Positions 1 to 9,736 of a DNA stretch of 64,000 bases are shown here, piece by piece. Numbering within the stretch: the stretch's first letter is position 1; the number at the start of each line of letters is the position of its first letter. Location: NCBI GenBank assembly GCA_026388155.1, contig JAPLKI010000025.1, positions 220,931 through 284,930 of the forward strand, written 5' to 3'. Under the pieces are notes generated by a model. It was not told the origin of the DNA, searched no databases, and was given only the letters and a program-made list of their open reading frames with translations. The translations under genes and the position numbers were made by a program. The stretch comes from Elusimicrobiota bacterium (GTDB lineage Bacteria; Elusimicrobiota; Elusimicrobia; Elusimicrobiales; UBA9959).

Positions 1-559
1 GCATGTTCAGGTTCGGGTGGGCCATGTCTATCTTCGCGCGCAGCACCCGCGAACCGTCGGGGAATTCGCCTTTGCGCATGCGTTCGAACAAATCCGCGTT
101 CTCTTCGATGGACCGGTTGCGGAACGGGCTGTCTTTTCCCGGCTCGGAAGGCGTGCCGCGGTACCGGCGCATTTCCTCCGCGCTCAGGTCGCAAACGAAG
201 GCTTTCCCTTTTTTTACCAGCGCCATGGCCCAATCGTACATCTGCGGGAAATAGTCGGAAGCGAAAAGCAGGCGGTCTTCGAAATCCCCGCCCAGCCATT
301 TGACATCGTCCACAATGGAATCCACGTACTCCTGTTCTTCTTTGGAGGGGTTGGTGTCGTCAAAACGAAGGTTGAACTTGCCCTTATAATCGCGGGCGAT
401 ACCGGAATTAAGGCAGATGGACTTGGCGTGGCCGATATGCAGGTATCCGTTGGGTTCCGGCGGGAACCGCGTGTGCACGCGCCCCCCGAACTTGCCGGAG
501 GCCAGGTCCCGGTCTATTATCTCACGGATAAAATTTGATTTTATTTCTTGAGTTTCCAT
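1..559 (-). CDS. glnS: Glutamine--tRNA ligase, 5' part (runs off the window edge)
   Basis: Not in the ORF track. Manual minus-strand translation from ATG 559 gives [51 protein letters not shown]...RFDDTNP, the HIGH-motif region of GlnRS. Confidence 0.95.
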   Translation of the reverse strand, partial: METQEIKSNFIREIIDRDLASGKFGGRVHTRFPPEPNGYLHIGHAKSICLNSGIARDYKGKFNLRFDDTNPSKEEQEYVDSIVDDVKWLGGDFEDRLLFASDYFPQMYDWAMALVKKGKAFVCDLSAEEMRRYRGTPSEPGKDSPFRNRSIEENADLFERMRKGEFPDGSRVLRAKIDMAHPNLNM

Positions 560-566
560 AGTAAAA

Positions 567-575
567 ATTATAACA
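567..575 (-). promoter_or_regulatory. Extended -10 promoter (TGT-TATAAT) 7 nt upstream of the glnS ATG, probably leaderless
   Basis: Minus strand reads tgtTATAATttttactATG; no Shine-Dalgarno. Confidence 0.6.
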
Positions 576-683
576 CAATTGTCTCTACCGACGAAAGTTC
601 AGCGTGTTTTTTGGCAAGATTTTCACTAGCCGGCGGGGAAAATATCTGGAATACAACTTTTTTCGAAATGATAACGGTAAATT

Positions 684-1409
684 TCAAGGCCCGGCCAGTT
701 TAAATTTTTTTTTAAGCAGGTCTTCATTCTCAAAAAACACAAATACCCGGTAAATATTGCCGGGATCCGCCTGCAGCAGGCACACAGCCTCGTACCTGAG
801 CTCCTTAACGACCTTAACTATCACAAAAGCGATCATTATCAGCCACACGCCTAACGAATTGAAAATCCCGGCCACCGCAAGCAGGGCAAGATTTGTTATC
901 ATCAGCCTGGAAAAAAGCGGCTCCAGCAGGTTTTCCGACCTTGTCCTGCGGAATTCGCTACTAGCCAGATAATCTAATAAAAATGATGCACCGTGGCTTA
1001 TGAACAGACCCAACAGCCACCATTTTATTTTTAGGATTAAAGGCAGCCAGGCGCTATCAATGAAGAATCCGACAAGAAACACGCCGTACAGGCCTAAATA
1101 CATTAAAAAAGGAAAAGTAAAAAAAATCGCGATGAACAGTTTTCCGAAGAAACCCATATTTGAGCCAAGTGCGGCCAGTACATCACAATCCCGGGAATTG
1201 AGCATTTTAAAAGTGACCGGCTCCGGGTATTTGTCCGACGCGGATGCAAAAAGTATCTTCAGGATGTTAAAAAATCCCAATATCACGGATTCAGTCCAGT
1301 AAAAAGCGAGTATTTCCTGTATACCCGCGGCATCATGAGGCGCCATGACGATAGGAACCAGGTTAGAGGCAATAAGCGTATAGCTTGAAACTCTGCGCGG
1401 GATCAGCAT
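684..1409 (-). CDS. Integral membrane protein (DUF6498-like)
   Basis: Several hydrophobic helices; 'YWTESVILGFFNILK' and 'LFISHGASF' motifs resemble that family. Confidence 0.55.
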   Translation of the reverse strand: MLIPRRVSSYTLIASNLVPIVMAPHDAAGIQEILAFYWTESVILGFFNILKILFASASDKYPEPVTFKMLNSRDCDVLAALGSNMGFFGKLFIAIFFTFPFLMYLGLYGVFLVGFFIDSAWLPLILKIKWWLLGLFISHGASFLLDYLASSEFRRTRSENLLEPLFSRLMITNLALLAVAGIFNSLGVWLIMIAFVIVKVVKELRYEAVCLLQADPGNIYRVFVFFENEDLLKKKFKLAGP

Positions 1410-1506
1410 ATTTTATAGGGTTTCACAACATAAGGCAGAAAAGGCCCTGTTGTCTTTTCCCCGGCAGGACCCGCGAAGTTGCAGGCCTGCCGGCTGCAAG
1501 AGTTTG

Positions 1507-2613
1507 TTAATCCCCGAAACTTATTCCGAGGTCGCGCGCGGTCAGCACGGTATCACAATCAAGCGGCACTGTCTTCATGCGGCTGGTGGCTTCTTTGAGA
1601 GGAACATAGCGCACAGTGGGAGGGTCAAGCGCCACCATCACCCCAGACTTACCCTCTTCCAGCGCGCGCACGGCGGCCGCGCCGAACCGGAGCGATATCA
1701 GGCGGTCAAAAGTAGTGGGATGGCCGCCGCGCAACAGATGCCCAAGCACCACAGTGCGGCATTCTTTTCCTGTCAGCGGTTCCAGTTCCTTCGCCACGCG
1801 CTCCCCCGCGCCACCAAGTTTTTCCGCCCGGCCCAGCTCTTTGCTGACCACCGAAACAGTTCCCCCTTTTGGTTTTGCCCCTTCCGCGACAACCACAATG
1901 GCATAATTTTTGCCCCGCTTGGGCCTTTCTTTGAGCGCCTCCGCCACCTTGTTTATGTCGTATGGAATTTCAGGTATCAGTATGGCGTCCGCATTGCCGG
2001 AAACTCCCACATTGAGGGCTATCCAGCCCGCATAGCGGCCCATAACCTCCACCACCATCACGCGGCAGTGCGCTTCGGCGGTGGAATGCAGCCGGTCCAG
2101 GCATTCAGTGGCAAATGAAACCGCCGAATCAAAACCGAATGTTATAACCGTCTTATCCAGATCGTTATCTATGGTTTTGGGCACACCTATAGCGCGTATG
2201 CCCTTTTCAGCAAGGACATTGGCTATGCCGAGCGAGCCGTCTCCGCCCAGAGCTATCAGCGCATCTATCTTATTCTTTTTGAAAGCCGCAACCAGTTCGT
2301 CCGAGCGGTCCTTTTCATAAAGCTTTCCGTCCGGGCCCCTGGTGGGATATTTCAGGGGATTGCCTTTATTGGTGGTGCCGAGTATTGTGCCGCCCAGATG
2401 CGTTATGCCGCGCACAGTCTTGCGCGTAAGCGGTATAAGCCCGCCTTCCGGATATTCTTCCGGTTTCATCAGGCCGTTATAGCCGTCGCGTATGCCCACG
2501 CATTCCCAGCCGCGGTTAAGCGCGGAAATGACCGTCGCCCTTATGACCGCGTTCAGCCCCGGAGCATCCCCCCCGCCGGTATTAATAGCGATCCTTTTAA
2601 TTGTTTTTCCCAT
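1507..2613 (-). CDS. pfkA: 6-phosphofructokinase (group III type, GGDG + PKTIDND)
   Basis: TGGGDAPGLN, GGDGS, PKTIDND, EVMGRYAGWIA and GHLLRGG motifs. Confidence 0.95.
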   Translation of the reverse strand: MGKTIKRIAINTGGGDAPGLNAVIRATVISALNRGWECVGIRDGYNGLMKPEEYPEGGLIPLTRKTVRGITHLGGTILGTTNKGNPLKYPTRGPDGKLYEKDRSDELVAAFKKNKIDALIALGGDGSLGIANVLAEKGIRAIGVPKTIDNDLDKTVITFGFDSAVSFATECLDRLHSTAEAHCRVMVVEVMGRYAGWIALNVGVSGNADAILIPEIPYDINKVAEALKERPKRGKNYAIVVVAEGAKPKGGTVSVVSKELGRAEKLGGAGERVAKELEPLTGKECRTVVLGHLLRGGHPTTFDRLISLRFGAAAVRALEEGKSGVMVALDPPTVRYVPLKEATSRMKTVPLDCDTVLTARDLGISFGD

Positions 2614-2726
2614 TATACCCCCTCCGATTGTTCCTAACTTTACATTTTAGACAATGACTAAAATGTAAAGTTAAGGTTTATTCACTATATCCCTACCAAT
2701 GGCAGTTTCGCGTACAGGGCTTACTA

Positions 2727-4091
2727 TCACTTTATCATCCGGGCGGAAATCTTGTTGGCCTTTTCCGCAAGCTTGAATTCATCCACATTTACTAAGCGGC
2801 CGTTTTTGACCACAACTTTGCCGTCGACTATGGTGTACTTCGTCCTGTGGGACGCGCCGCAGAACAGCAGCGAAGCCAGGGGGTCCGATTTGGAGCCGGC
2901 GAAGTCAAGTCCCGATACGTCAAATATAGCTATGTCGGCGGCCTTGCCCGGCTCGATGGAGCCTATATCGTCCCGGCCCAGCACTTCAGCCCCGCCGCGC
3001 GTGGCAAGCCTGAAAGCGTCGCGGGCCGGCATTGATTCCACGCCGCTTTTGACCCTGTGCACAAGCATTGTCTGGCGTATTTCGCCCAGCATATCCGAGG
3101 AATCGTTCGAGGCGGAACCGTCCACGGCAAGCCCCACCGGCACTTTATGCTTCAGGAACATCCGCACAGGCGCGATACCGGAGCCGAGCCGCAGGTTCGA
3201 GCAGGGGCAATGGGCCACACCGGTGCGGGTTTTGCCCATTTTTTTCGCCTCGGCCTCGTTTATATAAACGCAGTGGGCGAACCAGGAATTGCCTTCGGTA
3301 ACCCAGCCGACCGACTCCATGTATTCAAGCGGGCGCATTTTAAAAAGCTTCTTGCAGAAATCTTCTTCGTCAATGGTCTCGGCCAGATGCGTGTGCATCC
3401 TGACCCCCCATTTTTTGGCCATCTCGGCGGTGATTTTCAAGAGCTCCGTTGTCACCGAGAAAGGCGAACAGGGCGCAAGCGCCACGCGCGTCATGGCGAA
3501 CTTATTTTTATCGTGATATTTGTGGACCAGGCGCTCGCAGTCCTTCATTATGAAATCTTCGCTCTGCACCACGTCGTCCGGCGGCAGACCTCCCTTGGAA
3601 CGGCCACGGGACATTGAGCCGCGCGTGGGGTGGAAACGCATCCCCAGCTCTTTTGCGGCCTCTATCTGTGTGTCGATGAACAGGCCGCTGTTCTTTTTGG
3701 GGAAAACATAGAGATGGTCCGTGCTGGTGGTACAGCCGGTAAGCAGCAGCTCGCCCAGCCCCACCTGGGTGCTTGTATAAACCGCCTCCGGGGAAAGACG
3801 CCGCCAAATTTCATAAAGGTAAATCAGCCAGTCAAAAAGCTTGGCGTCCTGCACGGCGGGAAGATTGCGGGTCAAAGTCTGGTAAAGATGGTGGTGGGTG
3901 TTGACGAAACCCGGCAGGACGACGCAGTTTGTAGCGTCAATTACGGTATCGGCCTTGATTTTAAGATTTTTGCCTGTTTTTTTTATCTCAGGGCCCTCTA
4001 TATAGATATCGCCGCCTTTTATCTCACGGCACGCCGTGTCCATCAGAGCCAGCGTTAAAGCGTTTTTTATAAGCAGTGTTTTTTCTTTCAT
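2727..4091 (-). CDS. 8-oxoguanine deaminase-like amidohydrolase
   Basis: PGFVNTHHHLYQTLTR, APCSPFSV, HTHLAET, HCPCSNLRLGSG, DGSASND. Confidence 0.85.
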   Translation of the reverse strand: MKEKTLLIKNALTLALMDTACREIKGGDIYIEGPEIKKTGKNLKIKADTVIDATNCVVLPGFVNTHHHLYQTLTRNLPAVQDAKLFDWLIYLYEIWRRLSPEAVYTSTQVGLGELLLTGCTTSTDHLYVFPKKNSGLFIDTQIEAAKELGMRFHPTRGSMSRGRSKGGLPPDDVVQSEDFIMKDCERLVHKYHDKNKFAMTRVALAPCSPFSVTTELLKITAEMAKKWGVRMHTHLAETIDEEDFCKKLFKMRPLEYMESVGWVTEGNSWFAHCVYINEAEAKKMGKTRTGVAHCPCSNLRLGSGIAPVRMFLKHKVPVGLAVDGSASNDSSDMLGEIRQTMLVHRVKSGVESMPARDAFRLATRGGAEVLGRDDIGSIEPGKAADIAIFDVSGLDFAGSKSDPLASLLFCGASHRTKYTIVDGKVVVKNGRLVNVDEFKLAEKANKISARMIK

Positions 4092-4107
4092 GGATTCTCC
4101 GGCTTCG

Positions 4108-4138
4108 GCCGTCTGATAGACATAGTCCCTGTTACGGC
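4108..4138. repeat. 31-bp REP-like hairpin, family C copy 1
   Basis: GCCGTCTGATAGACATAGTCCCTGTTACGGC; homologous to 25395-25425 and 40915-40945 in opposite orientation. Confidence 0.75.
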
Positions 4139-4331
4139 ACAGTCGCGGACAGCGCCATAGGCCCGCGACAGTCCAGAGTCACTGCCATAGGCTTGAATTT
4201 CCCTGCGACAGAAATATTATAGTAAAATAGCCGTGGCGCGAAAGTACCGGACAGCGGTAATGTGATCGCCCTGTTTATTACAATTTTTTTGTTTTGACGG
4301 TTCCGGTGCTTAAAATTACGGCAAAGCGCAA

Positions 4332-4369
4332 ACCCCGCACTTTGGCCCTTTTGGGAAAAAGTGCGGGGT
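4332..4369. repeat. Short (internally deleted) member of the MITE-like family A
   Basis: ACCCCGCACTTT...AAAGTGCGGGGT inverted ends, flanked by AA/AA. Confidence 0.7.
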
Positions 4370-4397
4370 AAAATCCAACCCAGGAAGGTGCGATACC

Positions 4398-6887
4398 ATG
4401 GAAAAGACCTCTCAATTTTTAAGCGACGCCCAGCTTAAAGCTGAAGTGGATAAGTGTCTCTATTGCGCGGAAAAACCCTGCAAAGAGGCCTGCCCGTCGG
4501 ACTGTTCGCCGGCCGATTTCATAATGGCCGTTAAAGTGGGTGAAAAATCTGATTTCAAGCGCGCCGCCGCCCTGATAATGGGGAACAATCCGCTTGGCGG
4601 AGTCTGCGGCGTGGTCTGCCCCGACAAGCACTGCATGAAAGCGTGCGCGCGCCGCACTTTTGACGCGTCGGTTAACATCCCCGCCGTGCAGGCCGCGATA
4701 ATCAAAAAGGCGAACGAACTCGGTGTGATGCCGGAATTTGCAGTATCAAAATCCAACGCGAAAAAAGTGGCGGTGGTAGGCGCCGGGCCCGCGGGATTCG
4801 GCGCCGCGGCGGTCCTGGCGCAGAAGGGCTACAAAGTGGACATCTATGACGCCGACACCTCGGCGGGAGGGATGTGCAACCTTATACCTGATTCGCGGCT
4901 TGATAAGAAAACGCTTAAAACCGACCTTGATTTCATCACCGCGCTAGGGGCCGTGTCCGTCAAGTACGGTCACAAGGTTCCTGACCCCGCAAAACTCAAG
5001 GGCAGCTACAACGCCGTGCTGGTAACTACCGGCCTGGACGATCCGATACGGCTTAAGCTGCCTGGGGAAGAAGCGGCCGTCCTGTGGCCGGACTTTCTCA
5101 AAAAACCGGCGAAATATCGCCTTAAAGGCCGGCGCGTGGCCGTTATAGGCGGCGGAGCGGTTGCAGTCGATTGCGCCGAAACAGCCCATGCCGGCGGGGC
5201 CGCGCACGTCGAGCTGTTCGCGCTTGAAAAGCTGGGCGAGATGCCGCTTACGGCCAAAGAACTGGCCGGGATTCTGGACTGCGGCATACATGTGAGCGGC
5301 CGCACGCGCGTGACGCAGATCGTCGCCAAAGACGGGAAAATAACGGGCCTTCAAACTATAAAGGTGGCACTTCCCAAAGGGAAAAAATTCCATCCCCGGG
5401 TTATAGTAGACCTCCCCGGGACCGGGCAGTTCCGCAAGGATTTTGACTTCGTAATTATAGCCGTGGGAAGCCGGCCGACTTTCAAAACCGACGGCGTGCA
5501 GGGCGTCTTTTATGCCGGAGACCTTGCCAACGGGCCTACCACCGTGGTTGAGGCGGTGGCGGCGGGCAAGAACGCGGCGCTTACGATAGATACCTTCGTG
5601 ACCGGGAGTAAAAATCAGCCTTTTGACAAGAATGTTAAAAGCCGCGTGGTCCTGTCCGGCAGAAAGCTTGAGCCAGTCCCGCTTGAGGCGGATTTCTTCG
5701 GCAGAAAGATACTGTCCCCGTTCCTTCTTTCGGCCGCCCCCCCCTCGGACGGCTACGAACAGATGAAGAAGGCGTACGAAGCCGGGTGGCCGGGCGGGGT
5801 CATGAAAACCGCCTTTGACAATCTGTCCATACATATTCCGGCCGAGTATATGTTCGCTTTTACGCAGTCCACCTACGCCAACTGCGACAATGTTTCCGGC
5901 CATTCCATTGACCGGGTCTGCAAGGAAATTCACAAACTGCGCCGGGAATTCCCCGACAGGCTGACAATGGCGTCTACCGGCGGCCCGGTCACCGGCAACG
6001 ACGAAAGCGACAGGAAAGGCTGGCAGTCCAACACAAAGAAGCTTGAAGACGGCGGTGCCATGGGGATCGAATACAGCCTCTCCTGCCCGCAGGGCGGAGA
6101 CGGCACCAAAGGCGACATTGTCTCGCAGGACGCCGAGCTGACCGCCAGGATAATCGGCTGGGTAATGGAACCCGGCGATCCCGAAATACCGAAGCTTTTC
6201 AAGCTTACGGCCGCGGTCACCTCCATCTATCCCATAATCTCCGCCATCAAAGAAGTTTTCGCGAAATATCCCGGCAAGAAAGCCGGGGTAACGCTCGCCA
6301 ACACCTTCCCGACACTGGCTTTCAGGAAGGGCGCAAAGAAGACATGGGAAGAGGGGATCGTAGTGGGCATGAGCGGAGAAGGCGTGATACCCATAAGCAA
6401 CCTGACCCTTGCCAATGTCTCAAGGCTCGGCGTCGCGGTTTCCGGCAACGGCGGCCCCATGGATTACAAGGCCGCGGCGCATTTCCTCGCGCTGGGCGCG
6501 AAGACCGTCCAGTTCTGCACCATAGTCATGAAAAACGGCTATGGCGTGATAGACGACCTGCATTCGGGACTGAGCCACCTTATGGAGGAGAGAGGCATAA
6601 AATCCGTCAATGAACTTATAGGCGCCGCTCTTCCGGATCCGATAAAGGGCTTCATGGAGCTTACGGCGACGAAAAAGATCTCGGACGTCAACGCGGAACT
6701 TTGCCGGCACTGCGGGAACTGCACGCGGTGCCCGTATATGGCCGTCAGCCTGGACAGCGACCTTGTGCCCGTCACCGACGCCTCAAAATGCATAGGCTGC
6801 TCCATCTGCGCGCAGAAATGCTTCTCCGGCGCGCTGTATATGCGCGAGAGAACTTCCAGGGAAATGAAGCTGCTCAGCGAAAGTTAA
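4398..6887 (+). CDS. Fused dihydropyrimidine-dehydrogenase-like flavoprotein (PreT/GltD-like + PreA/DHOD-like FMN domain + 2x[4Fe-4S])
   Basis: CLYCAEKPCKEACP and CGVVCP Fe-S motifs, GAGPAG and GGGAVAVD Rossmann motifs, LSCPQG, C-terminal CxxCxxCxxCP and CIGCSICAQKC. Confidence 0.85.
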   Translation: MEKTSQFLSDAQLKAEVDKCLYCAEKPCKEACPSDCSPADFIMAVKVGEKSDFKRAAALIMGNNPLGGVCGVVCPDKHCMKACARRTFDASVNIPAVQAAIIKKANELGVMPEFAVSKSNAKKVAVVGAGPAGFGAAAVLAQKGYKVDIYDADTSAGGMCNLIPDSRLDKKTLKTDLDFITALGAVSVKYGHKVPDPAKLKGSYNAVLVTTGLDDPIRLKLPGEEAAVLWPDFLKKPAKYRLKGRRVAVIGGGAVAVDCAETAHAGGAAHVELFALEKLGEMPLTAKELAGILDCGIHVSGRTRVTQIVAKDGKITGLQTIKVALPKGKKFHPRVIVDLPGTGQFRKDFDFVIIAVGSRPTFKTDGVQGVFYAGDLANGPTTVVEAVAAGKNAALTIDTFVTGSKNQPFDKNVKSRVVLSGRKLEPVPLEADFFGRKILSPFLLSAAPPSDGYEQMKKAYEAGWPGGVMKTAFDNLSIHIPAEYMFAFTQSTYANCDNVSGHSIDRVCKEIHKLRREFPDRLTMASTGGPVTGNDESDRKGWQSNTKKLEDGGAMGIEYSLSCPQGGDGTKGDIVSQDAELTARIIGWVMEPGDPEIPKLFKLTAAVTSIYPIISAIKEVFAKYPGKKAGVTLANTFPTLAFRKGAKKTWEEGIVVGMSGEGVIPISNLTLANVSRLGVAVSGNGGPMDYKAAAHFLALGAKTVQFCTIVMKNGYGVIDDLHSGLSHLMEERGIKSVNELIGAALPDPIKGFMELTATKKISDVNAELCRHCGNCTRCPYMAVSLDSDLVPVTDASKCIGCSICAQKCFSGALYMRERTSREMKLLSES

Positions 6888-7026
6888 CCCGAGAAATTCA
6901 GTTAAATTTTTCGGGAAGGCTGAGGGCTTAGGGCTTAAAGCTTAAGATTTACAAGGGAATTTTCCCAGCTTCAGCCTCTTCAGCCTTCAGCCCAAAGCCT
7001 TAAGCCTTGCGAAAGAGGAAAACCAC

Positions 7027-8352
7027 ATGAACCATACCGTCCTGATCAAAAACGCAACTATAGTCACTTTGGGAGAAAAAAACCGCGTCCTCCGCGGGTA
7101 TTCAATACTGTGCGAAGACGGCAAAATAATAAAAATCGCCAAAGCCTCGCATTTTAAAGGCAGATACGCCAAAGTCGTGGACGCGCGCGGCAAGGTGGCG
7201 ATGCCGGGCTTCATCAACTCCCATATGCATTTTTACAGCACCTTCGCGCGCGGGCTGGGAAAAGCAAAGCCCTCGAAAAATTTTGTTGAGGTGCTTAATA
7301 ATCTCTGGTGGCGGCTGGACAAGAAGCTGACCAATGCCGATTCCTATTACAGCACGGTCATTCCCCTTATCGAGGCGGTGAAGAAAGGCACCACAACGAT
7401 AATAGACCACCACGCCAGCCCCTTTGCCATTGGAGGCTCTCTGCAAGCCATTGAGAAGGCCGTCAGGGAAACAGGCCTTCGCGCCTGCCTGTGTTACGAA
7501 CTGTCCGACCGCGACGGCAAAGAAACGGCCAGGGCCGGCCTTGAGGAAAACGCCGGTTTCATAAGATATGCGGCCAAAAAAAACGACAACTTCATAAAAG
7601 CCATGTTCGGCCTGCACGCTTCCTTCACCCTGACCAACGCCACCCTTGAGGAAGCCGCCGAAACGGGTCTCAAACTGGGCGCCGGTTTCCACATCCATAC
7701 AGCAGAATCGCAATCCGATCAGATCTTCTGCGAAACCCATCACAAGATGCGCGTGGTGGAGCGCCTGAAAAAATTCGGCATCCTTGGCCCCAAATCCATA
7801 GCCGCCCACTGCGTGCATGTTAACGACGCGGAAATTGACATCTTAAAGGAGACCGGCACCGCCGTAGTGCACAATCCGCAGTCTAACGCCAATAATTCCG
7901 TGGGCATAGCCGACATAGTTAAAATGTCGGCCCGCGGCGTACTGGTGGGCCTTGGCACCGATGCCATGACGGTAAACATGCTGGAGGAAGTAAGGAACGG
8001 CGTGTGGCTGCAGCATCTTAAGCACGATCCCTCACAGGGTTTTATGGAGCCGGCTACGGCGCTGCTGGTAAACAACGCCAAAATAGCCAATCGCTATTTC
8101 ACCGGCCTTGGCGAGCTGAAGGAAGGCTTTGCCGCCGACATCATCCTGATGGATTATTTCCCCCCGACTCCCATGGATGAGACCAACTTCTACGGCCATC
8201 TGGTGTTCGGCCTATCGCAGAGCGCGGTAGACACCACCATAGCGGCAGGCCGCGTGCTTATGGAAGGCAAGAAACTGAAACTGAATATTGACGAAGAGAA
8301 AGTTTCCCGCAAATCCCTTGAACTCGCCAAAAAACTTTGGAGCAGGTTCTAG
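7027..8352 (+). CDS. ssnA: Putative aminohydrolase SsnA
   Basis: PGFINSHMHFYSTFARG, LWWRLD, DHHASP, FGLHASFT, HNPQSN. Confidence 0.85.
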   Translation: MNHTVLIKNATIVTLGEKNRVLRGYSILCEDGKIIKIAKASHFKGRYAKVVDARGKVAMPGFINSHMHFYSTFARGLGKAKPSKNFVEVLNNLWWRLDKKLTNADSYYSTVIPLIEAVKKGTTTIIDHHASPFAIGGSLQAIEKAVRETGLRACLCYELSDRDGKETARAGLEENAGFIRYAAKKNDNFIKAMFGLHASFTLTNATLEEAAETGLKLGAGFHIHTAESQSDQIFCETHHKMRVVERLKKFGILGPKSIAAHCVHVNDAEIDILKETGTAVVHNPQSNANNSVGIADIVKMSARGVLVGLGTDAMTVNMLEEVRNGVWLQHLKHDPSQGFMEPATALLVNNAKIANRYFTGLGELKEGFAADIILMDYFPPTPMDETNFYGHLVFGLSQSAVDTTIAAGRVLMEGKKLKLNIDEEKVSRKSLELAKKLWSRF

Positions 8353-8358
8353 TGTAGT

Positions 8359-8397
8359 GTCCCGCACTTTGGCCCTTTTTGGAACAAAGTGCGGAGC
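8359..8397. repeat. Short degenerate member of family A directly after ssnA
   Basis: CCCGCACTTTGGCCCTTTTTGGAACAAAGTGCGG, nearly identical to 4332-4369. Confidence 0.65.
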
Positions 8398-8431
8398 ATA
8401 GGCCGAAAGTTGCAGTTCCCTATGCTGCAGG

Positions 8432-8460
8432 CTGACTCAAGTGTTTTAAAATGATATATT
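8432..8460 (+). promoter_or_regulatory. Sigma70-like promoter CTGACT-17-TATATT with TG extension, 6 nt before the ATG
   Basis: Identical copy at 9702-9730 in front of the paralog. Confidence 0.6.
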
Positions 8461-8466
8461 CTAGCT

Positions 8467-9501
8467 ATGTCCGCGATTGACCACCAAATCATGTTTATTG
8501 CCAAGCTGAGGGAATTCACGGGCAGGGCTCCCGCAGTCTACGCCAATCAGACGGAATTATTCCTCAACTCACTGTGGAGCATGTCGGAGCATCTCATTAA
8601 TTTAAAAAGAGCAATACTGAACGACGCGTGCGAGGATTTAGCCGGGAAGCTGGACAAAGGGGCTCTCTCTGATAAAACGATCGCGGAATTCAAGGACCTG
8701 CTGGAAAAGCTCGTCTCCGGCAGGGATTTTCAAATGATCTGCGGGAGCATGACCGGCAACAACAAAGGGCTGATCAAAGAAAGGCTCGCCACACTTGTGC
8801 CCCTCTCGCTGGTAGACGAGGAGAAAAAAACCGAGGACAGGGACATGGAGGCGGACCGGCAGATCGAGGAAACATACGCGAGGTTGAATTTCGCTCCCCT
8901 GGTCAAGGAGTTGAACGCCGCTCCTGAAAGCGGCGCGGTCGACGCGGTGCTCGCAAAAGCGAGGGTGGAGGTTGAAGAATACTGCTGTCTTTATCATATA
9001 CCGCTGGACGAGGGAGACACCTTCACTCCCTTCTCGCTGTTGCGCGTGGATGCGGTAATCGCAGCGAGCTACCGTATTCTCTCGGAGATCAGTGAAAAGA
9101 CAGGTTCCGTGAATTTGGGGGAAAAACTGATACTGATAGTTGACGATGACGAAGCGGTACGGGACCTGCTTGATTTTTTAGTGCGAAAAGAAGGCTTCAA
9201 AGTCGAAAAGGCGGCCGACGGGGAAGAAGCCATTCAAAAGGCTAAAACTCTTCATCCGGACCTTATCCTGCTTGACCTGATGCTGCCCAAATACGGCGGG
9301 TTTGAAATTCTGCGCGAGCTTCAAGGTGAAGACACCTCCGATATCCCCATAATAATCGTAACCGGCCGCAACCTCGACCACTCCACCTCGGAGATGATAA
9401 AACAGGAACCGAATGTAAAGGATTTTATGGGAAAACCGATAAAGCCCCAGGTTCTTGCCACCCTCCTGCACACGCTCCTTAAAACACAGGGAAAGAAATA
9501 A
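8467..9501 (+). CDS. Response regulator: unknown helical N-terminal domain + C-terminal receiver (paralog 1)
   Basis: ILIVDDDE, DLILLDLMLP, IIIVTG, KP motifs. Confidence 0.85.
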   Translation: MSAIDHQIMFIAKLREFTGRAPAVYANQTELFLNSLWSMSEHLINLKRAILNDACEDLAGKLDKGALSDKTIAEFKDLLEKLVSGRDFQMICGSMTGNNKGLIKERLATLVPLSLVDEEKKTEDRDMEADRQIEETYARLNFAPLVKELNAAPESGAVDAVLAKARVEVEEYCCLYHIPLDEGDTFTPFSLLRVDAVIAASYRILSEISEKTGSVNLGEKLILIVDDDEAVRDLLDFLVRKEGFKVEKAADGEEAIQKAKTLHPDLILLDLMLPKYGGFEILRELQGEDTSDIPIIIVTGRNLDHSTSEMIKQEPNVKDFMGKPIKPQVLATLLHTLLKTQGKK

Positions 9502-9510
9502 CCGGGGAGG

Positions 9511-9594
9511 GCCCCGCTCTTTTGGCCCCAAGGCAAAGCTCTATGGCACTATGCTAAGCCTGTCGACTGAAGCTATGAGCCAAAAGAGCGGGGC
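9511..9594. mobile_element. MITE-like element family A (84 bp, intergenic)
   Basis: Perfect 16-bp inverted repeat GCCCCGCTCTTTTGGC/GCCAAAAGAGCGGGGC, flanked by GG/GG. Confidence 0.75.
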
Positions 9595-9701
9595 GGGTTC
9601 TACGGCAAAATCTATTCTTGTTTGTCGCGGCATAAAATATTCCATAAGAATTCCAGCTTAATACCAATCCTTCAACAACGTCCCCTTCCCTGTGCTGTGG
9701 G

Positions 9702-9730
9702 CTGACTCAAGTGTTTTAAAATGATATATT
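9702..9730 (+). promoter_or_regulatory. Duplicate sigma70-like promoter of paralog 2
   Basis: gctgactcaagtgttttaaaatgatatattctag, identical to 8431-8464. Confidence 0.6.
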
Positions 9731-9736
9731 CTAGGC

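Noticed and set aside
17..538. 173-aa plus-strand ORF
   Set aside because: Antisense shadow of glnS, which is clearly encoded on the minus strand.
4108..4117. GCCGTCTGAT resembles the Neisseria DNA uptake sequence GCCGTCTGAA
   Set aside because: One mismatch, only three noticed occurrences and always inside the 31-bp hairpin; far too sparse for an uptake sequence.
4092..4215. Possible purine riboswitch in the deaminase leader
   Set aside because: No purine-aptamer consensus seen; the structure is explained by repeat elements.
4944..5933. Long antisense ORFs (also 7102-7818, 16746-17564, 29081-29839, 50105-50938)
   Set aside because: Shadow frames opposite well-supported genes, expected from codon bias.
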